Below, piece by piece: positions 37,070 to 48,280 of a DNA stretch of 64,000 nt. The number at the start of each line of letters is the position of its first letter. The first letter of the stretch is position 1. A program made the position numbers and the translations under genes. The notes under the pieces are model-generated. The model worked only from the letters and a program-made list of their open reading frames with translations. It ran no database searches and was not told the origin of the DNA. Origin of the DNA: Takakia lepidozioides (taxonomy: Eukaryota > Plantae > Bryophyta); contig CM060733.1 of assembly GCA_030704615.1 (NCBI GenBank), positions 46,562,001 through 46,626,000 on the forward strand, in the 5' to 3' direction.

Positions 37070-39767
37070 CATGAACTATGTAATGTGGTATGTGGATGAC
37101 CATGATTTGAAATGTGTAATTCACATCAATTCGTCGGCTGTGCAATGATATGGCCTCCAACTATACGGAGTGAGCTCTGAGTGACAACTTTTAGGTAGTG
37201 CACATTTGTCATTGCACCGTTCGAAGTCTACATGTCTTGCTGTCACTATGCACTACAATCATCTTTTGAAGATGATCCTAACTCTCATTGTTATTTGAGG
37301 AGGGAGGAAGGCCTTCCCGTGGCAGCCTTTATGGCGCACACTTTGTAAGGATATTTTGTCGTCCTCGTAATTGTAAAAGTGAAACAAGCATTTGTAATTG
37401 CACAATGTTGGATGCTGCAATTGTAGGCCTCAATGCTCGTCTTGATTCTATTTAGGCAAGATTCCCTGCATTAATTCCACGGTCATAGGACCATCCACGG
37501 TTATAGGCGGTGCATGTTAAGGGTGACGTGGCAGATGACGGACAGTGCCATGTCATCATTTACCGCCACATCAGCATGTTGACATGACGCTCACGCCACA
37601 TCAGCGTGTGTGCAGGCTCACGCCACGTCAGCTGGCGTGAGCATACGCTCATGCCACGTCACTCCTGCGTGAGCGTACGCTCGCGCGCTCACGCCATTGC
37701 GTCGTTGTTCAAGTGGGGGTGCTTAAGGAGTGTATGTCAGCATGCTCCAAAACAGCCAATGTGGCTGTTCGGGGTGAGTTTGGCATTCCGTCCTTCAGCT
37801 CCCGACGAGATGAATTCAAGGTCAGATGGTGGGGTCAGCTGCAACATATGCCCAACACCAGATATCCTAAGTTAATCGACTCTATATCTTGGGAACAGGA
37901 CCGCCCTGTCAAACAGGCTAAGTCCTGGCAGAAGAGAGTAGAAGAGATTCTCAAGGACCTGGACCTGGATCCGCAAGTCTTGACCCTGCTGGATAAATCT
38001 GACTTAGAGGCTGTAGTGTCCTCAGCCATGTCTGTTGCCATGAGATTGTCTGATGAAAATGAAGTTAGGCAGAAAACTTCCCTGAACTTGTTTCCAGTCT
38101 GTGACATGGGGGAGGACATCTTGGATGACCTCAAGGGTCTACCCACTCTCGGCACTAGACTGAAATTTAAACTCAGGGCAGGAAGCTTACCTTTGAACAG
38201 CAAACAGAAGCAGAGAGGAAAGGGAGAGTGCAATTGCCCGTTGTGTGGGCAATCTGAAGACAGTATTCACTTTCTGATACACTGTCCGGGGTTCTCTCAC
38301 CAAAGAGAAGCTCTCTTCAATTCTATCAAGGGAATTGTGCCTGTACCCCTGTTTAACAACTTTGAAAGTCTCGAGGCTGAGCCAAAAGCCCAGGCCCTCC
38401 TGAGGCCTAGTTTTCGGGCAAATCACACACAACAGATTGATACTTGTGTGAAGGGATTTCTAGAGGATATCTGGAAAACCCGGATTAATTCTATATATGA
38501 TGGTAAGTCACACTACCAACGTCAGCCCCTGACTGAGGTAGGTTCTGTCCCTTTTGTTCCCGCTCAAACTGGGCGCGGGGTCAATGGCCACAAGGCTACG
38601 GCAAACAACATCTTATGAGTTCTCTGTCACAAGACTACAGCAAGCAATATCTGTTGCAAAGAGTTCTCTAATTGTGGGAAACACCGTGGGTGTTTGAGAA
38701 GAATGTCTTCTAGAAGCTGGAAATGTACCTACATCTAAAGCTGACATGTACAGTTCCTTTTACAGTAAAACCACTTATATACGTTTCAAATGCAAGCCAA
38801 GAATTCACAGTTATTATAGTTACCCTTCGAGAAGATTCTTGGAACTGACATTTATTTATCCTGTTTCAATGGCAGGAAAAATCCCTTATTACACGGTGCC
38901 ACCTGTGCGGGAGGCCAGTGAGCATGCCGAATCTGCAATCGTAGCTGACTGGGGCAAGGAGTTTGATGTGAAGGCTCTGTTTAAGAATGAGGAGTCAGTT
39001 GTTATAGCTGCACTCCCTTCTCTGGTCGACACACTTCATGTGGAAATACCTTCAAGTGCTCCACTTACTATGGACATCGACACTGTTCAGGTTGGTTCAA
39101 TTTAACCTGGGCTTATGTTTTCTCCTTGGCAGCAACAACAAAATGTGTCATGTTTCTCTGTCTTGGGCCAAGATGGTAGGGCCACAGGTGAAATGTTGCT
39201 CAAACTAGCCAAGCTGAAGTGCAGGCAAATGTATGCCGAGCTGTTTTCACAGCTTCCGATGAACAAGTGGGACTCCGACAGCTCCTTCCAAAACTGATGA
39301 GGTAGGAACCTAGAGCAAGCCTTCTGTGATGGTGGTACAGCCATTGTGCCTTGCCTCATCTGCTGTGTCCATCTCTAGATTACCTGAAGTGTGAAAATAT
39401 TTACATGCAGATGGATTCTTGGATGTCAGTAAGTCCCTGGCCCTTTAACACACTGTGTAAATATTGCTTTGAGAAACACGTACCGCAGGATCTGGACTAA
39501 AAGATTTTAGTGCAATTTCTTATAGGGCAACGAGGAGAGCGATGAAGACGATGAAATCAACCATGAAGACTCTGACAAGGTAGAGACCAGAGGGGACCTC
39601 GGTCCTACTGAGATGGACACTGAAGTTGCTGCTGTGACAAGGGGTCGTGCCTTTTTAAGCCAAAATGATAAGCTTTATGACACTGAAGGTATTTTAAATC
39701 CTCAAGCGGCAGAAAAAGGCAGGAAAGGCTGTTCTGACAGTTGGTGCGATGGAATTTGGGAAGGGTA

Positions 39768-42518
39768 GCAACCCTTGCCGATTCCAGAGGGGACTTGGGA
39801 AAGTGTCTCCATGGATTTCATGACTGCTATGCCGCTGTCAAAAGGATTCGATGCAATCATGGTGGTGGTGGATAGGTTCAGTAAAATGGGTCATTTCATT
39901 CCCACCAAGGAGACGGCAACGGCGCAGGAAACAGGGCGACTTTACTTCGCCCACGTCTTAAAGCATCATGGAGTCCCGAAGGATATTGTCTCGGACCGCG
40001 ATCCAAAGTTTACGAGTAAATTTTGGAGGGCACTTTGGAAGAAGATGGGGACGAGGCTGAAGATGAGCACCGCCTTCCGACCTACGACCGACGGCCAAAC
40101 AGAAAGAATGAATTCCGTAGTGAAGCAGATCTTGCGGAATTACGTGTCGGCAGACCAAACAGACTGGGTGGAACACTTAGACGCGGCAGAGTTCTGTTAT
40201 AATAACACAGAACACTCCGCAACGGGAGTTTCCCCTTTCATATTGGTCTATGGAAAAGCACCTCTAGTGCCGACAAGTTGGGCCGCCCAGGACGTTGAGG
40301 AACCGGCAATAGCGGCGGTACTGGAAGAACGCGAGCGTTTGTTGAAGCTCGCAAAGTACAACATTGCCAAAGCTAGGAAATGGTATGAAAGGCAGGCGAA
40401 TCGGAAGCGGAGGGAAGTGAAGTTTGAGGCAGGCACGGAGGTCTGGTTGAACATCAAGAATTTTCGACTACCTCCGGAAGTGAGTCCGAAGTTCGTGCCT
40501 CCGTATGCGGGACCCTTTCGCATTCGGAAGGTTATGAATGAGGATGTGTATGAATTGGAGCTGCCGGCAAACAGCAAAGTGCACCCAGTATTCCATGTCT
40601 CCCTTTTGAAGCCTTACTTCAAAAATGAAGCACGTCCGAATCGGCATCAAGTGTTGCGTCCGCCACCTATGCTGTTGGATCATGAAAATGAACCTGAGTA
40701 CGAGGTGGAGGCAATACTTAAGTCGAGGAGGTTCAAGAACCGAGAAACGGAGTATCTCGTCAAATGGAAGGGCTATCATCATGTGGAGGCATCTTGGGTG
40801 CGTACCTCAGAAATGGGAAACGCATCCGAGGCGGTTGCAGCTTTCGAAGGGCGACCTCAAAAGCGGAAGAAGCGTTGATGGGGACATCAACCTTGGAGCG
40901 TGGGGGAGGAAATGCATGCTTAGCCCGGCTTAGCTAGCTTAGGAATCCGATTGCAAAAACTTGTATTGTACAAAACGTGTTATAAATGAAATGGCTTCCA
41001 AATGTTGTGCGTCCTATTTTGTTTGGAATGGTGATGCATGGTATGGTTGGCTAGTGTGTAGAATGCATGCTAGCTTATAAAAGTGGGAGAGGTAAATTGG
41101 TTTAATCGTGTGTTTGCGTAGTGCTGAAATCGGGTGACCCCCATCCAAAGGGCAAGGAAACTTGCGCCTTCTTTGGGAGTTCACGTGCTAGTGCGCACCT
41201 GGCGCGTACGCGTACTATAACTACACTACCGAGGGGGTTGTCTTGTAGTGCGGGCTAACGCGGAAGCTACGTGCTTCCGTTCACGTACTATAATCGTGTA
41301 GCCTCGGGACGAAGTCGTAGTGCGGCTTCGGCGTGTTCCCGTACCTCAGGCCAGCATTCCAAGGCGGACCCAATTGTAGTGATTGGGGCGCACGGTTCGT
41401 TCAAGGTTATCTTCCTAGTCAAAGAGGGTTCCAGGTGAACCCTTGCTCAAGGTGATGCCAAAAGCGGCATCATGAGCGGTCGCAAGTAATGTTGTTGCAG
41501 TAAGGCAATTCGATCCTCAGGGAGGATCGTTCCTTGGCCTTGAAGTAGGCCAAGAAGAGTGCACTGGGAGGAGCTTGAGAGGCTCCACCCCTGGCCGGGA
41601 CTTGGAGGAAGTCGGCCGAACTAGCTAGTGGAGAGTAGAGTCAAGTGTGGGGTTTGGTTCTTTGCCATGGGACGCCATGGTACGGAAACAAACTCCTTGA
41701 TGTGGGACGCCACAACTTGGATGTTCGTTTCTACAAAATGACAAGTCGATGAGGACATCGACTCCCTTGGTAGGGGTGTGTGTCGCGGCACTTTGCCTTG
41801 AGGGCAGGGGGTCGGGACACATGAGGGGCTGCCCCTGTGGTGGGGGCAGCGGCAGCGATAGGTATGGGGGGCTGAAGCACCCTTGAGTGCCCGAGGCACT
41901 CAAGGAGGCGGAGGCGCTCACTAGGTGGAGCCCCGCACACCGGGTTGTGGTGGGGGTGGCTCCACAAGGGGTGGTGGTAGCTTAGCGGGACTTAGTGGGG
42001 GTGGCATAGGACTCACCATGGGGGCGGAGACCTCGTGGTGGGAGTCGTGGGGAGTCTTGGGACTCATCACGGTCCATAGGGGCCGTGGTGAGTGGGCCAA
42101 GACTCACCGCGACTCATCACCGGGAATCGAGGGTTTTCGTGGTGGTTCGCCATAAAATGGCATGGCTGGTTGTGAAACCCCCGCGGACAGCTACTGAAGT
42201 ATATATAGGGAGTAGTAACCCCGAGAACGGTGCAAGCCCGTTGGTGACCAAAATCCTAGTGAGTAAGCGAACGAGCCGGAAAGCGACCAAAGAGTGGGGA
42301 GCTGTTCCGGACTGCCAACTACCAAAGGGAATTCCCGCTGGTTCCAAATCGGTGGAGGGTTCTTTGGGAGATCAAAGGGGGACCGTTATGCCCCGGTGAG
42401 CAACCGAAGCTCCAAGTTGGCCCGGCGGCCAGGTTGGGAGTTAGGCGCGCGCATCAAAGCGAGTATCTATGACTTGAAGGGGAGCTTACCGAAGTGAGGT
42501 GCGCGACAGGAGGTTACA
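39768..42518 (+). mobile_element. 3' part of a Ty3/gypsy chromovirus (integrase-chromodomain, PPT, probable 3' LTR)
   Basis: Integrase ORF is followed by a polypurine tract gggggaggaa (~40902-40911), then TG at 40913. The candidate LTR end ...ggttaCA at 42518 is tentative. Confidence 0.8.
39775..40878 (+). CDS. Gypsy integrase core, GPY/F motif and chromodomain (5'-truncated pol)
   Basis: WESVSMDF, VVVDRFSK, IVSDRDPKF, TDGQTER, YAGPF, YEVEAIL...YLVKWKGY...SW. Confidence 0.93.
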   Translation: MPIPEGTWESVSMDFMTAMPLSKGFDAIMVVVDRFSKMGHFIPTKETATAQETGRLYFAHVLKHHGVPKDIVSDRDPKFTSKFWRALWKKMGTRLKMSTAFRPTTDGQTERMNSVVKQILRNYVSADQTDWVEHLDAAEFCYNNTEHSATGVSPFILVYGKAPLVPTSWAAQDVEEPAIAAVLEERERLLKLAKYNIAKARKWYERQANRKRREVKFEAGTEVWLNIKNFRLPPEVSPKFVPPYAGPFRIRKVMNEDVYELELPANSKVHPVFHVSLLKPYFKNEARPNRHQVLRPPPMLLDHENEPEYEVEAILKSRRFKNRETEYLVKWKGYHHVEASWVRTSEMGNASEAVAAFEGRPQKRKKR

Positions 42519-44388
42519 CTTGGGCCTCTACACGGGAGACGCACTTGGATACATAGGAGATTGCACTTGGGCTTAGATTTCAGTTCTTCACACATGGGCC
42601 AATGACACATGCGACCCTAGATCTCCCAAATATGGGGATCTCTGGATACATATGGGATTGGAGTTGGACGTAGATGGCACTGGACACTAACGGCACAGAC
42701 TACCCTAGAGGTCGCACTTGGGCCTCGACCTAGGAGATGCACTTGGATACATAGGAGATTGCATTTGGGCTTAAATTACAATGGACACTTGGGCCAACGG
42801 CACAGGCTACCATAGTCAATATGAATTGAGACGTTTATTTTATTTTGTTATTTTGTAGCGTCGTTGAGATCTCCGAAACTGACTGTGCTGTTTAATAGTC
42901 TGCACCGACTATGCTTCAATGCTGACTTGTACATGTTTACTGCAGGATCTGGAGCAAGTAGAGAACGTTGCAATGCCAAATGTGAAAATGTCCGAGGCCG
43001 TGCATGTGAGCTGGCAGGCCGAGAGCGGTGTATCAAAGGTCGACCTCTATACAGCCACCAGGAACGACTTGACGAGGGCAATTATGCAATCGTGTGACTA
43101 CCACAGTTATCTGAAGGGTGGGGCCCAGCCCCGGTGCTTGGTGCCATTGGAAAGCCCTCGATGAGGAGGGGTGCACCGGCTTGGTCTCATGATTTTTGGA
43201 ACTGCGATGTGGGAGATACGGAATTTTGAGTACTTTTGGTCGCTGGAAATTCGGGAAAAATAGCAAAGTGGGCTTTCATGGAGCAGTGATTGGTCCTTCA
43301 TGTGGGAGATTTGGAATTTCAAGTACTTTTGGTCGCTGGAAATTCGCAAAAAATAGCAAAGTGGGCTTTCCTGGCACAATGATTGGAGCCCCACGACAGG
43401 AGATATAACAAGGAAAGGTCTCCGGTTCAAATCAGGTAGGTTATGTGGAAAGAAAATGATTAGACTTAGATGACTCAGATGACATTGGACACTTGGGCCA
43501 ACGGCATAGGCTACCCTAGTCAATATATGAATCGAGATGTTTGTTTTGTTTTGTTTTATTTTGTAGCGTCGTTAAGATCTCCCCAACCGCGGGGCCTCAG
43601 CCCCGGCCGTCGGAAAGCCCTCAATGAGGAGGGGTGCACCGGCTTGGTCTCATGCTTGTTGGACCCGCTGTGTGGGAGATATGGAATTTTGAATGTTTTG
43701 GGTTGCTGGAAATTTAGGAAAAATAGCAAAGTGGGCTTTTCTGGAGCAGTGATTGGCCCTTCAGCTCTGAGATTTGGAATTTCAAGTACTTTCGGTCGTT
43801 GGAGTTCACGAAAAATAGCAAAGTGGATATATCAATATATGAAGCCTCGACAGGGGAGATTGCAAAAATAGCAAAGCACTATAGAGGTCCTATAATTTTT
43901 TTTAAATCAAGCTATGGCACTTGGCGTTTAAAGGTTAACAAGGTCAATTACATGGTCTATGAACATTTTTAGCTAAACTTAAAACACAAACATTGCCAGA
44001 ATAGCGAAACACTATTTGTTCAATATTATAATCAATATCTAAAGCGAGACGTTTGTTTATTTTGTAGATTTGAGATGTCCCAAACCGCGGGGCCCCAGCC
44101 GTGGTGCTTGGTACCGTTGGAAAGCCCTCGATGAGGAGGGGTGCACCGACTTGGTCTCATGATTTTCGGACCTGAGGTGTGGGAGATGTTGAATTTCAAG
44201 TACTTTTGGTCGCTGGGAATTCCTGAAAAATAGGAAAGTGGGCATTCCTAAGACAATGGTTGGAGCCTCGACAGGAGAGATATAAAGGGAAAGGTCTCCA
44301 GTTCAAATCTGGTCGTAGGCTCCGTGGAAAAAAAATGATGAGATACGGCTAACACGAATTTCAAGTATGTAGAGGTCATACTTCGGTC
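42519..44388. repeat. Repetitive element body with tandem/dispersed units (continues at 48893-49430 after the MULE copy 3 insertion)
   Basis: Recurrent ggaaagccctcgatgaggaggggtgcaccggcttggtctcatg...aaaatagcaaagtgg and ggagacgcacttggatacatagga units on both sides of the insertion. Confidence 0.75.
42946..43122 (+). pseudogene. Fragment of a second, divergent MULE transposase
   Basis: After tgcag: DLEQVENVAMPNVKMSEAVHVSWQAESGVSKVDLYTATRNDLTRAIMQSCDYHSYLKGG. This aligns with exon 2 of the 33560 transposase (NLAETVHNAW...DLYVATTDDLIRALQQ...FLRGG), with an intron at a similar position. Confidence 0.75.
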
Positions 44389-44589
44389 TCTACATAGGAG
44401 TGCAGCTACGGCGTGAGCCCAGGAGCTCGGCTCACGCTTTGCCCTCTAAGCGTGAGCCCAGGGGTTTAGGAGGAAGAAGCAGGCCCCATACCCGAGTCCT
44501 CTGTTTAGAGAGGGTCCTATTGTCGTGGAAGCAGTTATAGCGCTTGAAAAAAGAGGTATAGAAAGAATGGAATGGTCATTGTGAAACTT

Positions 44590-45900
44590 ACTGAGGTTTT
44601 CTTATTAAAGAAGAGGTGAAAAAAAAAGGTTGGGTGAGTCATCATGAATCTTACTTAGGGATTCTTGCATGAACAAGAGGCAAGAAAGTTTGGATGCTCA
44701 TTGTCAAGCTATCTGACGTTTCCAGTATTTCATCCATGGTGGATGGATGATGGATGGATGAAATATTGAAGGAGAGGCTAAAAATAATGAGGATGGGCAA
44801 GAACAGGCCCCAAAATATGACCCCTCATTGTGAAACAGACAATGGTTTTTGTTAATGTAGATGAGGTGAAAATTAAACAGATGGTCATCTTCAAGCTTAT
44901 TTAGGCTTTGTTTGTGAAGAAGATGTGTAACAAAATGAGCGGTTTATTGTGGAACTTGTTCAGGTTTGTGTTATTGAAGATGAGGTGAAAAAAAAACACA
45001 TGGTCATTGTGATTGAAAACATTGAGCTATCCTTGTGAAACTTTGTTTAGGATTCTGTTATTGAAGAAGAGGTGAAAAAAAAATCAGATGGTCATCATGA
45101 ATGCTTATATAGGGTTTGTTTGTGAAGAAGAGGTGAAAAAAAAAATTAAGCTCTATCATTGTCAAACTTGTTCAGGTTTCTGTTATTGAAGAAGAGGTGA
45201 AAAAATTGAGCTCTCATTCTCAAACTTGTTAAGGATTCTGTTATTGAAGAAGAGGTGAAAAAAATATTAGATGGTCATCATGAATGCTTATTTAGGGTTT
45301 GTTTGTGAAGAAGAGGTGAAAGAAAAAGTTGAGCTCTATCATTGTCAAACTTCTTCAGGTTTCTGTTATTGAAGAAGAGGTGAAAAAAAAACTTGAGCTC
45401 TACCATTGTCAAACTTCTTCAGGTTTCTGTTATTGAAGAAGAGGTGAAAAAAAACCAGATGGTCATCATGAATGCTTATTTAGGGTTTGTTTGTGAAGCA
45501 GAGGTGAAAAAAATTGAGCTCTATCATTGTCAATCTTGTTCAGGTTTCTCTTGTTGAAAAAGAGTGGAAAAAAAATCAAATGGTCATCATGAATAAATTA
45601 GGGATTGTTTGTGAAGAAGAGGTGAAAAAACAACTTGAGCTCTATCATTGTCAAACTTCTTCAGGTTTCTGTTATTGAAGAAGAGGTGAAAAAAAATCAT
45701 ATGGTCATCATGAATGCTTATTTAGGGTTTGTTTGTATAGAGGACGTGGAAAACAAATGAGCTGTCATTGTGAAACTTGTTCAGGTGCCTGTTATTCAAG
45801 AAGAAGTGGAAAAAAAAATAGATGGTCATCATGAAGCTCATTTACGCAATGCTTCTGTAGAGGCCGTGAAAAAATAAAATGAGCTTTCATACTGACACTT
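44590..45900. repeat. Tandem array of ~60-bp units inside MULE copy 3
   Basis: About 20 units with gaagaagaggtgaaaaaaa followed by either gagctctatcattgtcaaactt or agatggtcatcatgaatgctta. Confidence 0.85.
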
Positions 45901-45922
45901 GTCCATGTTTGGCAGGCCCTCG

Positions 45923-45927
<5 letters not shown>

Positions 45928-45954
<27 letters not shown>
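45928..45954. repeat. (AT)n microsatellite
   Basis: Direct reading. Confidence 0.9.
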
Positions 45955-45959
<5 letters not shown>

Positions 45960-46199
45960 TTTGGCCCGGGGCAATATTGGGGATGGAGGCAGAAGTGGTG
46001 TGCGTTGACGCACTCAATTTTAGAGGCTCGTTAACCAAACCCGATGAAAAAAATAAACTACATTTCATAACGAGACATCGCCTGCTTGTCCAGATTTAAG
46101 AACTGTGTATACATGTTCTACAAACAAGGCAGCCCTTTCCGACATTGCGAAAAATCGCAACATATGCAACACTACTCGATATTGCCAATGTCTCGTTGC

Positions 46200-46660
46200 A
46201 AAAGTGTCTATACCTCACCGGGACCTAGTGTCGCCTGGTGAATGATTTGGTTTCATTTGGGTCACAATACATCCTGCGCAAAAAGATGTAGTAAAGATGC
46301 TTGCAGGGAACCCATTTCCCTCTCTATCCTAGAGCTTCCTCACGCATGCACACGAAGTCGGGATAGGTACACCCCGGAAAATTTCCCACCGTCACCTGAT
46401 AAGCCTTGTCGTGCAAAACAGACCCAGATGTGATCAAAGTATAACCCGTCCATACCCAGGTGAAGGTACTTCCATAGTTCCTGTTACTCGAGCCTGAAGT
46501 AGTCTGGCCGATTCCACCTTCGCAGCGTGATCAGGCCCTGAAGCCACCCGATGCACTGTTTTGCCATTCCTTCTTGTGGGATGCGAAGTATCGTCTGGAG
46601 GAGGCACCATAGCAGCAAGGCCACCAAGAGTCGACGCCACAGATCGGTGCAGAAGAAAGC
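46200..46660 (-). pseudogene. MULE transposase 3' fragment (SWIM region)
   Basis: HPTRRNGKTVHR...KVESARLLQARV...PSPGYGRV, then frameshifted GNFPGCTYPDF...KWVPCKHLY; homologous to 36650-37030. Confidence 0.85.
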
Positions 46661-46959
46661 CGGCGTCCTCCCAATCTCCAATTCGTCAATGATCATCTTG
46701 AAATCATGATAATGAAAAAATTGAGTGTGTTGACGCACTCAGTTCTCGAGGGGGGGGGGGGGGGGGGGGGGGCAAAACCCGCCGGGTACCCGTGGTGAAA
46801 ATCCGGACCCGCACGTGTTGTCGATGATCATCTTGAAATCATGATCATGAAGAAATTGAGTGCGTTGACGCACTCAGTTCTCCCGAGGGTGGGGGGAGGA
46901 GAGAAAACAAAAAAAACAATTTTTATTTGTTTATTTTTTATTTTATTTTTTGTAATCAT

Positions 46960-48280
46960 ACAATCTGTCACGATGAGATGTTGCCGGGAGCTGGCAAGCT
47001 ACTTGAAAGCCTGGGGGATGCGGATTATCAAGACTTGGAACTTTGTCAACAGCCTATATCTGACGAAGGGAGATTGCCCAGGTCAAAAGGTGGGTTTCAA
47101 ATACTTTGTTTTTATGCCCTCTCTATTGAAGTTCCACTGTACTGACTGTTATGAAGTCATGTTGTTCGCACTGCCTGAATTGAGTGCTTGAGCGCACTCA
47201 GTTATGGCGGTGCATGAGCAATGACTCTGAACCAGTTCCATCCGGAATGGGTTTGCACTCCCACCCAAATGTGCTATGAAACATTCCTCACTAATTATTG
47301 TCCTCTTCATTGCAAACCCGTCTATTTGAGGCCGTCTGTCTCGTGAGGGTACATCCACTGTCAACTCCCACCATAGTGGTGGAGTTCGAGCTTCATGGGG
47401 GAGGATGTTTCATAAACGAGAGGTTCGATCCTGTCGTTGACGACATGCACTACAACTATGTCGACTCCAACGTATGTTTGCGAAAGCCAAATGGAACGCA
47501 TTGGAGAGGGGCCCGTGAAAAAAGCCCGACTTTTATCCAAACGATCATTGAGAGTTGTTGTCGGCCAGGGGCCCGCATCATAGATCTCACTCTCGGCACA
47601 GGTTTCTCTTCTTGTCTTTGTCATCGATTTCTTTTCTTCTGCACCTTCTTTACTCAATATTCTAAAACTCTAATTCCTTCAATTGGTCTCTTGCAGACGC
47701 TTCTTACCATGCTTGCAAGGCAGGTGGCAGGCACTTGTTTGGTATGGAAGGAGATGCAGATATTTTCACTGGCCTCCTCGCCGAGTTGCAAGGGGGCTCG
47801 TCTACCTCCAATGTCAAGAATGTCACTGCGCAAATTGATATCCTCGATGGAGACGACAAGGACCTGGACAATGACTTTTCATGTGAGTAAGTTCATTTTC
47901 TGTCTATTTGATCACTGTGTATATGCTCTGTCGCGTCCCCTTCTGTTGTCTGATTGTTACCCAAATGGTGCATTTCTGATTGTAGGAATGTGAACGCACT
48001 CCCGTGGCCCCTGTCTTCCATATACTTGAGGGACTTGTGGTGGAGCCCACCTCCTAATTATGTCATTCCTGATTACGCGGAAGGCATTGCTCATGTGCAA
48101 GCAGCTGTGCTTTCTCCCCTACCCTTGCGTTGGAATTCCAGAAAGATGCTCAGGCACCTCCGCGCAAAGGTCTTCATAGATGATAGTGTAGCAGTTTCAG
48201 GTGGTAGTAGTACTTCTAGCAGTTCAGCAGATTCAGGTGGTAGCAGTAGCAGTGTTGACACCACCTACGGATATACTTGA
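46960..48280 (+). pseudogene. Methyltransferase-like 3' portion of the cargo gene (copy 3)
   Basis: RELASYLKAWGMRIIKTWNFVNSLYL | TRLFEAVCL...WRGAREKSPTFIQTIIESCCRPGARIIDLTLGT | ASYHACKAGGRHLFGMEGD, with the same intron positions as copies 1 and 2. Confidence 0.82.

Larger units (their letters stand above)
27568..37707. mobile_element. Mutator-like DNA transposon (copy 1, 10,140 bp) with transposase and ParB-methyltransferase cargo gene
   Basis: 9-bp TSD ttcaagtgg (27559-27567, 37708-37716); the empty site is seen in the other LINE A copy at 7214-7222. Imperfect TIRs CAGGGATGCCTCGGCGTGAGC / CAACGACGCAATGGCGTGAGC (15/21 match), with subterminal GCGTGAGC/CACGT repeats. Confidence 0.93.
24162..38620 (+). 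mobile_element. Originally full-length LINE family A in an NSN1 intron; 5' end inverted (24520-24162), body at 25193-27567 and 37717-38620, interrupted by a MULE
   Basis: 16-bp TSD tctctgtcacaagact at 38621-38636 (+) and 24536-24521 (-). APE motifs ATFNFSG, GQETW, GCVYMP, LGDFNARVG. RT motifs FLDVKKAYD, GVAQGCTLSP, FADD. Internal deletion near 26770. Confidence 0.92.
22033..39730 (+). pseudogene. NSN1: Nucleostemin/GNL3-like nucleolar GTPase pseudogene (plant NSN1 homolog)
   Basis: Exons at ~22033-22157 (KDPEIPNAWPLKEQ, GN3L/Grn1 region), 22565-22709, 22842-23015 ([14 protein letters not shown]), 23740-23957, 24078-24161 (GFPNVGKSS), inverted 25192-25012 (GATPGVT, DSPG) and 24884-24725 (LHDWNEG; stop and frameshifts), 38876-39090 (GKIPYYT), 39526-~39730. 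No start codon region is seen and the C-terminus is truncated. Confidence 0.9.

Noticed and set aside
45290-45735. Telomere-like tttagggttt matches
   Set aside because: Single occurrences within tandem-repeat units, not telomeric arrays.
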